DNA of 64,000 nucleotides from Parcubacteria group bacterium (lineage in GTDB: Bacteria; Patescibacteriota; Minisyncoccia; Phycocordibacterales; UBA2100). Below are positions 49,102 to 57,258 of this stretch, in pieces. Position numbers and translations under genes: made by a program. The notes under the pieces are model-generated. The model ran no database searches and was not told where the DNA came from. It saw only the letters and a list, made by a program, of their open reading frames with translations. Each line of letters opens with the position of its first letter. The stretch's first letter is position 1. The stretch is from positions 66,380 through 130,379 of the forward strand of contig CALRGX010000001.1 in assembly GCA_943358385.1 (NCBI GenBank), written 5' to 3'.

Positions 49102-50865
49102 CTATTTGGTTTGGACCGACGAGGCGAGAGCTTTTCGCATCTCCACAATCGAGGCAAAAATAGACGGCATCTCGCAATCACGGCAGGCATGTTCAAGCAC
49201 GGTCTTCTCGTGTGATTTAAGGGTGATGGCGTGCACGGTGATGTGGCGACGGCGCATGTCGTTCAAGAAGTCTACAAATGCCTCAGCTCCCGTGAGGTCG
49301 ATGTAATTGACGCTCGCAAAACTTAATACCACGTGCTCGATGCGCTCGCCCGTACGTTCACGAGTGCGCAAAAGCCAGTGAATTTGCTCGATGATGTGCT
49401 CGGCATTCGCATACACCAAAGACATATTGGGGCGTGCAATGAGTACACCGTGTAAGCGCACTGCATCAGTGTCTGCCGTGCACGGCTGGAAAATGTTGCG
49501 CTCGGTGTCGATGCACAATTCATCGACACGTGCCCACATGATGCGATTGATAAAGAGAATGAGAGAAACGACAATACCGAATATCACCGCAGTATCTGGC
49601 TTTACGATGAGGGCTACTACGAATGTCATGCCGGCGATGAAACCGTCGGTGCGGGATATATAGAACGCTTTAGAAAACTCGCCAAATTTCACCAATTGAA
49701 TGACCGAGCCTATAACCACCGCCGCCAAGATGGCGCTCGGTAGATACGAGAGGAATTTAGTAAAAAAGGTAAGCGTAAGGAGTGTGGCGACGGAGAGTAC
49801 GATACTCACCATGGGCGTGCGCCCGCCGGCAACAACATTGGCAGCTGATGCTGAAAAAGAGCCAGCGACCGGAAACCCGCCTGCGATAGAGGTGGCAATG
49901 TTAGCGCTGCCTTGGCCGATGAGTTCTTGATTGGCACTGAGGTGGCCGCCATTCGTGCGCGCGAGGCTCGTGCCGATGCCATAGGTGCTCATGAATCCAA
50001 TCACCGCAATCGTGAGGGCACTTCCGAAAAGTGAAAGGGCGCCAGAGAGCGTCAACTCTGGCAAGAAAAATGCAGGGAGTCCTGCGGGCACCGCGCCAAT
50101 AGTGTGCACACCGAATGATTCAACCCCCAGCGCCATACTCAATGGTATCGAGGCGCCCAGGATAATAAGACCCATCGGAATTCCAGGCATCGTGCGCCGA
50201 GCAACAATCATCAATATGAGCGCTGCAACACCAATGAGTGCCGTAAGTGGATGTAATGAAAATATATTTGCGACGATCTGCTCGAGTGTGGCGTACATCA
50301 AAGGGTCCTGGTGCACGGAAAAACCAAGGAGCGTCGGCACTTGCATAGCGGCAATGATGATACCGGCTGCCACCGTAAACCCAATCAGCACTGAGCTAGG
50401 AATGAGTCGTGCTAAAAACCCTAAACGAAACCCGCCAGCCAAAAATTGAAGGAGCCCCACCATCAGAGCGAGTATCACCGCAAGTGCGATGTATTCAGGA
50501 GTGTTGGGGGTGGCCAAGGGCACGAGTGAAGTGAGGGTAAGAAGGCTGATGACTGCAACGGGTGCGGTAATCACCAAGGGCGAGCTGCCCCAGAGTGCGG
50601 CGATACTTGATCCAACCAAGACGCCATACAGGCCGTACACCGGCGGGACACCCACCAACAACGCCTGTGCCATCGATTGTGGAATAAGAACGCCGGCAAC
50701 AGTGAGGCCGGCGATGGTGTCGGCACGGAATTTCGTGCCATCGTACCGCCTCATCCACGGGCGCATGGGATTCAGTGCGTGAGAGATGTGCTCGAAGAAC
50801 GAACGCGAGAGCTCGACCCCATCTTTGAGCCACTTGAGGTATTCATCCTGGGGGAAGAGAGCCAT
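49102..50865 (-). CDS. SulP family anion transporter with STAS domain
   Basis: DTIAGLTVA..PQSMA, NQELIGQG, VNYIDLTG. Confidence 0.95.
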   Translation of the reverse strand: MALFPQDEYLKWLKDGVELSRSFFEHISHALNPMRPWMRRYDGTKFRADTIAGLTVAGVLIPQSMAQALLVGVPPVYGLYGVLVGSSIAALWGSSPLVITAPVAVISLLTLTSLVPLATPNTPEYIALAVILALMVGLLQFLAGGFRLGFLARLIPSSVLIGFTVAAGIIIAAMQVPTLLGFSVHQDPLMYATLEQIVANIFSLHPLTALIGVAALILMIVARRTMPGIPMGLIILGASIPLSMALGVESFGVHTIGAVPAGLPAFFLPELTLSGALSLFGSALTIAVIGFMSTYGIGTSLARTNGGHLSANQELIGQGSANIATSIAGGFPVAGSFSASAANVVAGGRTPMVSIVLSVATLLTLTFFTKFLSYLPSAILAAVVIGSVIQLVKFGEFSKAFYISRTDGFIAGMTFVVALIVKPDTAVIFGIVVSLILFINRIMWARVDELCIDTERNIFQPCTADTDAVRLHGVLIARPNMSLVYANAEHIIEQIHWLLRTRERTGERIEHVVLSFASVNYIDLTGAEAFVDFLNDMRRRHITVHAITLKSHEKTVLEHACRDCEMPSIFASIVEMRKALASSVQTK

Positions 50866-51018
50866 GTGCGCATTGTAGACCCAATGCAGCTTTACGCACG
50901 GTGGGGAAAAGCAGAGCTTTGCACATGCCTTCGCGAACTCCTTACATTCATTTATTTACGTGGCATTATATAAAGAGTGCCTCTACAGAGAGGCGCTCTT
51001 TCACAGAAGGGCTCAGAT

Positions 51019-51360
51019 ATGAAGAAGGTAACGGTGGACCTGGATCAGCTACTGGCTGACAAGGTCATCACGGCGGGGCAATACCCCGAAATCGAGAAAC
51101 GGGCACAGGCCTTCACTGCGAACACATTCATCCAGTTTGCTCTTGGCATCTGCATGATCGGTTTCGTTGCGGCGGCGGTCGCCCTCGACAAGAAATTCGA
51201 ACTGATTCCGTATTGGGCGGCAGCGCTCATGATCTTGGGCATCGCGGGGCAGTACTTGCTCCCGGTGCAGACGCGCATGATGGCGCAAGTATCGGCCACC
51301 ATCGGCACCATCGCGTTCTGCGGCTGGCTCCTGTATCACGCGTCGCCGATGCTCGGGTGA
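51019..51360 (+). CDS. small membrane protein
   Basis: 3 TMs; AAGG upstream. Confidence 0.6.
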   Translation: MKKVTVDLDQLLADKVITAGQYPEIEKRAQAFTANTFIQFALGICMIGFVAAAVALDKKFELIPYWAAALMILGIAGQYLLPVQTRMMAQVSATIGTIAFCGWLLYHASPMLG

Positions 51361-51406
51361 TGCTGTCGCTCATCTCGAAATAGTTGGCACCGAGCCAGCA
51401 AAAGCA

Positions 51407-51433
51407 AAAGGCGCGCTCATAGAGCGCGCCTTT
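51407..51433. terminator. bidirectional terminator
   Basis: AAAGGCGCGCTC-ATA-GAGCGCGCCTTT. Confidence 0.75.
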
Positions 51434-51460
51434 CTTGTGTGTGGGTGAATCCCGCGAGGC

Positions 51461-51919
51461 CTACAGCTTCTCGAAGCAGTTGCGCACTCCTTTCATAAAC
51501 TGCTCGAGCGCCGCTCTCTCCTTGAGTGAGAGCTCGGGGTTGTCGCGCGCCATGCCGCCGATTCGATCGAAGTGAACCATCCTGCCGTTCTTCAAGGAGA
51601 AAACCATCCCGGCCTTGCCACGATAGGCAATGTTTACCGTCTCCAAGAGGACACTCGAGCCCTGCTTGGTCTGGTAGATAATGCTCACTTGGTCGTCTTG
51701 GGCCAGTACCGTCAGATCCGTGCTCGGTGTTTTCCACGACGGATTCTTCTCAATCCGGAAGCTGTGCATGCCGTTGAATATGCTCGGCAGCTCGTCGATA
51801 CGCAGATTTGGTGGGCCGATGATGGCCCGAAAGGTGTACGCACGAAACGTGGGGCTCAAGAACCACAGTGCAACGAGGCACAAAAGCGCGAGAACAAGGT
51901 AGACGAGGGATTGGTCCAT
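51461..51919 (-). CDS. membrane-anchored hypothetical protein
   Basis: GGAGG before ATG; N-terminal TM. Confidence 0.65.
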   Translation of the reverse strand: MDQSLVYLVLALLCLVALWFLSPTFRAYTFRAIIGPPNLRIDELPSIFNGMHSFRIEKNPSWKTPSTDLTVLAQDDQVSIIYQTKQGSSVLLETVNIAYRGKAGMVFSLKNGRMVHFDRIGGMARDNPELSLKERAALEQFMKGVRNCFEKL

Positions 51920-52041
51920 GGATTCCTCCAGTGGTTTCAACTTGCGGCACTATGCCATAGCGGGAGGGGTGGGGGAAGGAGGGTGGCATTCCGAATTTAG
52001 GCAGTAAGTCTGACGCCTTAAGGCCAAGGCGATTGATTGCC

Positions 52042-52602
52042 TTACTTCAGCAAACGAAGCACAAAAGTTTTGTAATCTGCCTGGCTTGTGATTAGAGAAA
52101 CCGCGTCACCGCCCGCGTCGGTTATGGCTACCTCACCTGTTATCTTGTTGATGCGGAAAGTGTGACCTTGCTCACTCTCAAGCGTAACAAACTGCTCAGT
52201 ATTCGAAATGATTCGCAATACTTCCTTATCGAATGATTTCGGTGGGAGGGCATTCAATTTAAGTGTTTCAAGGAGTGTAAAAAGTTGGGCTCCATTCGCA
52301 TCTCTGCCGTCGGTCGCTTCAATGGTGTAGTACTGACGTGCATCCTTAGGCTGTTTGGCAATATCAGGAAAGACAACTAAGCCACTAGTCTTGCCAACCG
52401 CTATGTCGCTCTCGCCCGCGTTTGTTGTAAATCGTCCATTTGAATCATCTCTGCGGAATTCCATTTCTGCAGTTAGGTCGATATGAGGGACTGCGTAGTC
52501 ATAGTAAAGACGGTCAGTTTTCTCTCCTTGCCATGCCAAAAGAAGAGCAAGATTTGAAACAATGAGCATTACTATGATTCCTAGCGCAATTTTACTGTTC
52601 AT
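52042..52602 (-). CDS. membrane-anchored hypothetical protein, AT-richer than its flanks
   Basis: N-terminal TM, about 186 aa. Confidence 0.65.
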   Translation of the reverse strand: MNSKIALGIIVMLIVSNLALLLAWQGEKTDRLYYDYAVPHIDLTAEMEFRRDDSNGRFTTNAGESDIAVGKTSGLVVFPDIAKQPKDARQYYTIEATDGRDANGAQLFTLLETLKLNALPPKSFDKEVLRIISNTEQFVTLESEQGHTFRINKITGEVAITDAGGDAVSLITSQADYKTFVLRLLK

Positions 52603-52969
52603 CAACGTACCAGTTAATTTGGTAATTCTGATTATACATCAAGAAAATTCTAAAAAATAAGATTTCTTGGCAGAAAAGCTGTCAGGAACCTTTTTATCTC
52701 AAGGTGTCTGAAGAGCACATAATAATTCATGTCGGGATTGTCCCAGAATCGCGGGCTATTCTTTCGTCCTCTGGACTCAGAAAAGACCTCGCGTTCTTGG
52801 GCGGCGCCTCAGATTTTTCATCTATAACGGTAGGGAATCGGTCAGGGATATTTTTCTCGCCGTCGCTCGAAAAATTCCAGTCACACATACCGTTTTGCTA
52901 AACGGTTGCGCGACCCCGCCTCGCGCCGACGCGCTCCGGCCTTGCGAATGCATCCCGTGCATTCTCACC

Positions 52970-53060
52970 CCGTCTCGCTGGTTTCTTTTGCTAAAGAAAC
53001 ATAGCTCCGCCTTTCAATTCCCGCTCGCGATGTGCGCAGGCACATCGCTCATCTCCACCA
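52970..53060 (+). repeat. element with TTTTGCTAAA hairpin and inverted copy of the tmRNA 3' end
   Basis: TTCAATTCCCGC + inserted hairpin + CATCTCCACCA. Confidence 0.75.
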
Positions 53061-53063
53061 ACG

Positions 53064-53092
53064 AAAAAGCCGCCCTTGCGGGCGGCGTTTTC
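53064..53092 (-). terminator. terminator downstream of tmRNA
   Basis: GCCGCCC-GCAA-GGGCGGC-TTTTT on the minus strand. Confidence 0.75.
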
Positions 53093-53169
53093 TTAAAGGT
53101 TTGTGGCGCCGTGTACGCAGTGCGTCACGGCATCCTACAAAATTATAGTCGTGAGACTCCTTAATTTTG

Positions 53170-53571
53170 TGGAGATGGCGGGAATTGAACCCGCGTGCAG
53201 TGAGGGAACACACAAATATCTACAGGGCGTAGTACATTCAGAGTTTTTTAAACGGTGCGAGTGTGGAATGCACAAGATGACGCATCGTCGATCTATTTTT
53301 CTTTAAGGCGCAGTCGCAAAGCGACGACTAGCCCGGACCCGAAGGTATGACGTTTCAAACTACGTATCGGATGTCGGTAGCGAAACGGCCGCGATGGCTG
53401 CCACAAGGTGGACTTACGCGAAAGCGAACTGGAGATCTGTTGCCTGAATTGGGCTCAGAACGCCACGTGCTGTTTTAGTTGCACTTATTGGGTTGTGGCA
53501 GTTTTAATAGGTACCACAGCTATGCCATGCATCTGTATGAGCCGATCTCCCTGTCGAAGCCAATCATCCCC
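53170..53571 (-). ncRNA. ssrA: tmRNA
   Basis: 5' GGGGATGA..TTCGACA, 3' GGGTTCAATTCCCGCCATCTCCA with G3-U pair; tag ORF 53482..53414 ATKTARGVLSPIQATDLQFAFA*; smpB nearby. Confidence 0.95.
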
Positions 53572-53799
53572 CGTGAGATATCAATGCTGTCGCACTGCTA
53601 CCGAGCGTATCGTGTCAGAAAAAGAAACGTGTGTGCTCTGCAGTGAGAAACTATTGTGATCTGCAATACTACGCGAATTGAATATCTCACGGGGAAGGAC
53701 TGCCTAGCTGCCATGGGCAGAAGGAAGAAGGGAATGAATTGTTAAGGAACTGTATGAGTGCTTGCGTGTGGGGAGGAGTGGGCGGCTCCTCCCCGAGAT

Positions 53800-53904
53800 T
53801 TAGTCGAGCCAGTCCTCATCGGGCGGGCCGAACACAATCTCGTCGAAGGGAGTATTTTTAAAGTACTCCTTCGCCTTAATAACAAACTGCCAAATGGTGC
53901 GCAT
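53800..53904 (-). CDS. 34-aa small ORF (array unit 5)
   Basis: GAGGAGG-N5-ATG; MRTIWQFVIKAKEYFKNTPFDEIVFGPPDEDWLD. Confidence 0.6.
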   Translation of the reverse strand: MRTIWQFVIKAKEYFKNTPFDEIVFGPPDEDWLD

Positions 53905-54038
53905 CAGCGCCTCCTCTGGTTGCCACACGTAAATATTCAGTAAGGGCTACGAGCAGTATACGCTTCCATCTTTTTAAAACCACTGCTCGCAAGTGAGGCC
54001 GAATCGTGCGCAACGCGCGCGCGATTCGGCCCAAGGGC

Positions 54039-54143
54039 TCACAGGCCAACCGCTTTTCCGAAGAAGTCACCGATTGCCACACAGGTGGCAAGGCCGGTTA
54101 CGGTTGTCACTGCGAGCAGTGCGTAGAGCATCAGGTTCCACAT
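54039..54143 (-). CDS. 34-aa hydrophobic small ORF (array unit 4)
   Basis: AGGAG upstream; MWNLMLYALLAVTTVTGLATCVAIGDFFGKAVGL. Confidence 0.6.
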   Translation of the reverse strand: MWNLMLYALLAVTTVTGLATCVAIGDFFGKAVGL

Positions 54144-54246
54144 AGGTGTATTCTCCTGGTTACTTCTGGGCACTTGCGAATCGTGGTTTTAAACAGACGC
54201 TTGAGAGTAGAGGCGAGGCATGATGCACTGCATCGCCTCGCCCCCG

Positions 54247-54456
54247 TTATTTCAGGAAGAAGAATCCCACATAGCCAGCAATCAGTGCGCCGGCCCCAGC
54301 AACTTTCGCCGCCTGCTCGTTCCGCGTGATGCGGTAGACGAGCCATGAGGTGATGCCGGCAACTACCATCAAGATGATGGTAGGGAAGAGAATCTTGTTC
54401 CAGAAGGTAGAGAAGAATAAACCAACGGCGCCAGCGCCGGGCATAGGGTCGCGCAT
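54247..54456 (-). CDS. 69-aa two-TM small protein (array unit 3)
   Basis: MRDPMPGAG...GYVGFFFLK; two hydrophobic segments. Confidence 0.6.
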   Translation of the reverse strand: MRDPMPGAGAVGLFFSTFWNKILFPTIILMVVAGITSWLVYRITRNEQAAKVAGAGALIAGYVGFFFLK

Positions 54457-54555
54457 TGTTATTTCCCCACGTTGTTTCTACCCTCAAGAGTCTGTATGTA
54501 CGAATGCTGTGGGGTGGGGGCGGTGCACGACGCATTGCGCGTGCACCGCCCGTCG

Positions 54556-54762
54556 TCAGGTCAGGAGGCCGTGCTCATCCTGCGGTTGGCGCTTGCTCCA
54601 CCATGCCGCCTCCTCTGCGGCGTCGGCGGTGTCGTCGATGGCCGGCACGGGAGGTGGGGACATGAACGGAGCTCTGCCGCGGGTTTCGAATGCGCGATGG
54701 AATCGCGCAACCGTTGCCTCGTCCTCAGGTGAGTTCGGATCTCTCTCAGACTTTTTGGGCAT
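54556..54762 (-). CDS. 68-aa small soluble protein (array unit 2)
   Basis: MPKKSERDP...DEHGLLT; AAAGG upstream. Confidence 0.5.
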   Translation of the reverse strand: MPKKSERDPNSPEDEATVARFHRAFETRGRAPFMSPPPVPAIDDTADAAEEAAWWSKRQPQDEHGLLT

Positions 54763-54901
54763 GAGATTAATGACCTTTCTGGTGGGATGCCAGCACGTCG
54801 CTGGGCCACCCCACAACATTCGTAGATTTCAAAGAGCTGCAACGTATGCTTGAAGGTGACCCCGAGGTCGCACAAGGTGTGCGGTCCTCGGAATCGTAGT
54901 G

Positions 54902-55069
54902 TCACTGCCGGGTCGTATCGGTTAGTGCCGGGGTGTGTGAGGAACTTGCGAGACCGTGCCACTCGACAATATCTTTCAGGAAGAATATGCCGAGCATCGC
55001 CAGGAACACAATTGTCAGCACGACTCTGAAACGCACCGGCGCAGGTCCCTTTGTGGGGCTGTGTTTCAT
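54902..55069 (-). CDS. 55-aa single-TM small protein (array unit 1)
   Basis: AGGAGG-N5-ATG; MKHSPTKGPAPVRFRVVLTIVFLAMLGIFFLKDIVEWHG... Confidence 0.6.
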   Translation of the reverse strand: MKHSPTKGPAPVRFRVVLTIVFLAMLGIFFLKDIVEWHGLASSSHTPALTDTTRQ

Positions 55070-55104
55070 GCAATCCTCCTGTGGCCACCTTCAAATATAC
55101 GTTT

Positions 55105-55539
55105 TTAAAATTCTTTGCGTCGAAGGCGGCGATCTTCATCGCGTTTCTTGATGTCTTGGCGTTTGTCGTGCTTCTTTTTGCCGCGCACAATCGCGATATC
55201 TGCCTTCAAAACTCTGCCTTTATTATACACTGAAATTGGCACTATTGTCAAGCCTTGGGCACCCTCAATGGCGGAAATATGGCCTAATTCCTTGGCGTTT
55301 AGAAGTAGGCGGCGTGGACGAGTGGGGTCGTATTCAGGCGCATTTACTGCCTGCCATGCGGGGATGTTGGCCCCCACCAAAAATGCCTCACCACCACGCA
55401 CCACTACGCGCGCGCCTTCCAGCTTTCCACGCCCGGCACGCAGGGACTTCACCTCGGTTCCCAGCAACTCCAAACCTGCCTGGAGAGTTTCCAAGATTTC
55501 GTATTCAAGGTGTGCTTTCTTGTGTCGTATCAACGCCAT
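55105..55539 (-). CDS. smpB: SsrA-binding protein
   Basis: AGLELLGTEVKSLR, RPRRLLL, GKKKHDKR. Confidence 0.97.
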   Translation of the reverse strand: MALIRHKKAHLEYEILETLQAGLELLGTEVKSLRAGRGKLEGARVVVRGGEAFLVGANIPAWQAVNAPEYDPTRPRRLLLNAKELGHISAIEGAQGLTIVPISVYNKGRVLKADIAIVRGKKKHDKRQDIKKRDEDRRLRRKEF

Positions 55540-55622
55540 GGGAGAATCGTAGCTTTTTTGCGAAGTATTGACAAGTATTGATTTTCGTTGGAATATTGTT
55601 TTGGTAGAAACCAGCCAAGGAG

Positions 55623-56120
55623 TTGGCTATGTATAAGCTGTGCTTGAAATCGGAACACCCCGTGCTGACGCCGATAGTGCCGCTTGCAGCAGCGCGTCTC
55701 GTTCCGGGCAACCGGAATGAGAGCCCGCATGCGCGCTTTGTCTTCAAGATGGACAACGCCGCAACGCTCTCGCGCCTTCTGCAGGTGATGCGCTGCCTTA
55801 GCGCAACCCCGATACTCGACCTCAGCTTCAACGGCCTCGTCATGACACTCGGCCTTGCCGTTGTGCTGCGCGTCGATGAATCTGGTGCCGCTCGCGTGTT
55901 GGGGAACGGTTCACACCTGTTCGCCGCCGTCAACGACATCGTGCTGAAGGTGTCGGCGCAGCTGTCGCCGGAAGACGAAGACGTGTACCTGGCACGGGCG
56001 AGCAGCAAAACGGTCTTCACTGTGGTATCGCTCGAACTTGCCGATTCCTGCGGCCACGAGCTGCAACTGTGGGCAGGGGAGGCACCACTGGTGGTGCTTG
56101 CTCCGCAAGATATGCGGTGA
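55623..56120 (+). CDS. hypothetical protein
   Basis: AAGGAG upstream of ATG 55629; terminator follows at 56126..56153. Confidence 0.55.
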   Translation: MAMYKLCLKSEHPVLTPIVPLAAARLVPGNRNESPHARFVFKMDNAATLSRLLQVMRCLSATPILDLSFNGLVMTLGLAVVLRVDESGAARVLGNGSHLFAAVNDIVLKVSAQLSPEDEDVYLARASSKTVFTVVSLELADSCGHELQLWAGEAPLVVLAPQDMR

Positions 56121-56229
56121 ATGTAAAGAGCCGGGCGCTTGCGCCCGGCTCTTCCTTTTTGTGTGCACAGGGCGTATGTACTCCATACAAAGCGCTATGC
56201 TGTATGCAGGAGAGAAAGCGAGGTAGGTC

Positions 56230-57165
56230 ATGGATCTTATTGGCTCAAAGACTGTCCTCGACACACTCATGCGAGAGTGCAGCGGGCAGGAAGAAAAAAA
56301 GCGTACGCGCATCATCATTGCAACGCCCTGTGGGTTAGGCGGAGCGTTTCAAGCAGGGATGCTGCATGCATTGCATGATCGTGGTGTCTGCGAACAACAC
56401 GTGGATGTGAGTCTAGGGCTCTCAGCAGGAAGCTGGAACCTGGGTGCTTTCTGGGCAGGTCAGGCGGCACTCACTGCTGATGTATATGTGCATTTGGCGG
56501 GGATGTCTTTTTCGCTTATGAAGCAGTGGGATCTACTGGGGCTCGCGTACCTTAAAAAATTACACCGAGGCGAAGTGCATGCAGAGTTCAAATTACACGA
56601 GCATGCGATTCGCGACGCCAAGCATCTGTTTCTGGTAGGGGTCACGGATAGCAAGCGCCGCTTACAAATGCACGACGTGAGCAAAACAGAAAATATAGTC
56701 GACTTGTTTGCTGCGTCGTCTGCATTTCCACTGTTTGCACTTCCACAAAAAGTAGCAGGCGAGTGGTACACCGATCCCGCTAGTGCGCATCCGTGCCCGA
56801 TTCCTTCGATAGTACGGAAGGCGAATGTCGGGCATAACGACATCGACGTATTGATTCTGGGCGGGCGCATGCATCCACGGCACTTCAGTGTGTGGGAGCA
56901 GTGGACGTACCAGTCTCTTATGTTTACCTACGCATGGCTTACCTGGCAGCACAACGCATTCCTAGATGGTCTGCTTTCGATTGACCAGCGTATGGAACGG
57001 GCATTTGCGATGTGCGAAAAAGTACGGTCCAACAGTCGTGTGCGGCTACTTGCCTTGGTGCCGTCGCCAGACCAGTCGGTGATACCCTTTGGAGCAACTG
57101 CGGATGCTGTTTTGAATTCAGCACAGGCTGGGTACCGTTCAATTGAGGAAATGTGGCGGGTATAG
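56230..57165 (+). CDS. patatin-like phospholipase family protein
   Basis: GLGGAFQAG, GLSAG nucleophile elbow, AASSAFP, YTDPA (DGG-like). Confidence 0.75.
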   Translation: MDLIGSKTVLDTLMRECSGQEEKKRTRIIIATPCGLGGAFQAGMLHALHDRGVCEQHVDVSLGLSAGSWNLGAFWAGQAALTADVYVHLAGMSFSLMKQWDLLGLAYLKKLHRGEVHAEFKLHEHAIRDAKHLFLVGVTDSKRRLQMHDVSKTENIVDLFAASSAFPLFALPQKVAGEWYTDPASAHPCPIPSIVRKANVGHNDIDVLILGGRMHPRHFSVWEQWTYQSLMFTYAWLTWQHNAFLDGLLSIDQRMERAFAMCEKVRSNSRVRLLALVPSPDQSVIPFGATADAVLNSAQAGYRSIEEMWRV

Positions 57166-57258
57166 CTGCAAAGTGCAGGTGAACATCGACGGGCAAGCCA
57201 AAGGCTTGCCCGTTTCGATTTCCGTTGCGAAACCCTCAGAAAACTCTATAATCGCTTA

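Noticed and set aside
52042-53170. Prophage or island integrated at tmRNA
   Set aside because: No integrase and no direct att repeat; the tmRNA-end copy is inverted.
53408-53659. 83-aa plus-strand ORF
   Set aside because: Antisense to the tmRNA.
53755-55103. Classical integron cassette array
   Set aside because: No integrase in the window and no consistent RYYYAAC/GTTRRRY attC ends; the pairing arms enclose each ORF rather than lying between ORFs.
54350-55190. Longer ORF-track calls (54350..54853, 54561..55190)
   Set aside because: They cross several hairpins and overlap smpB or better-supported small ORFs that have ribosome-binding sites.
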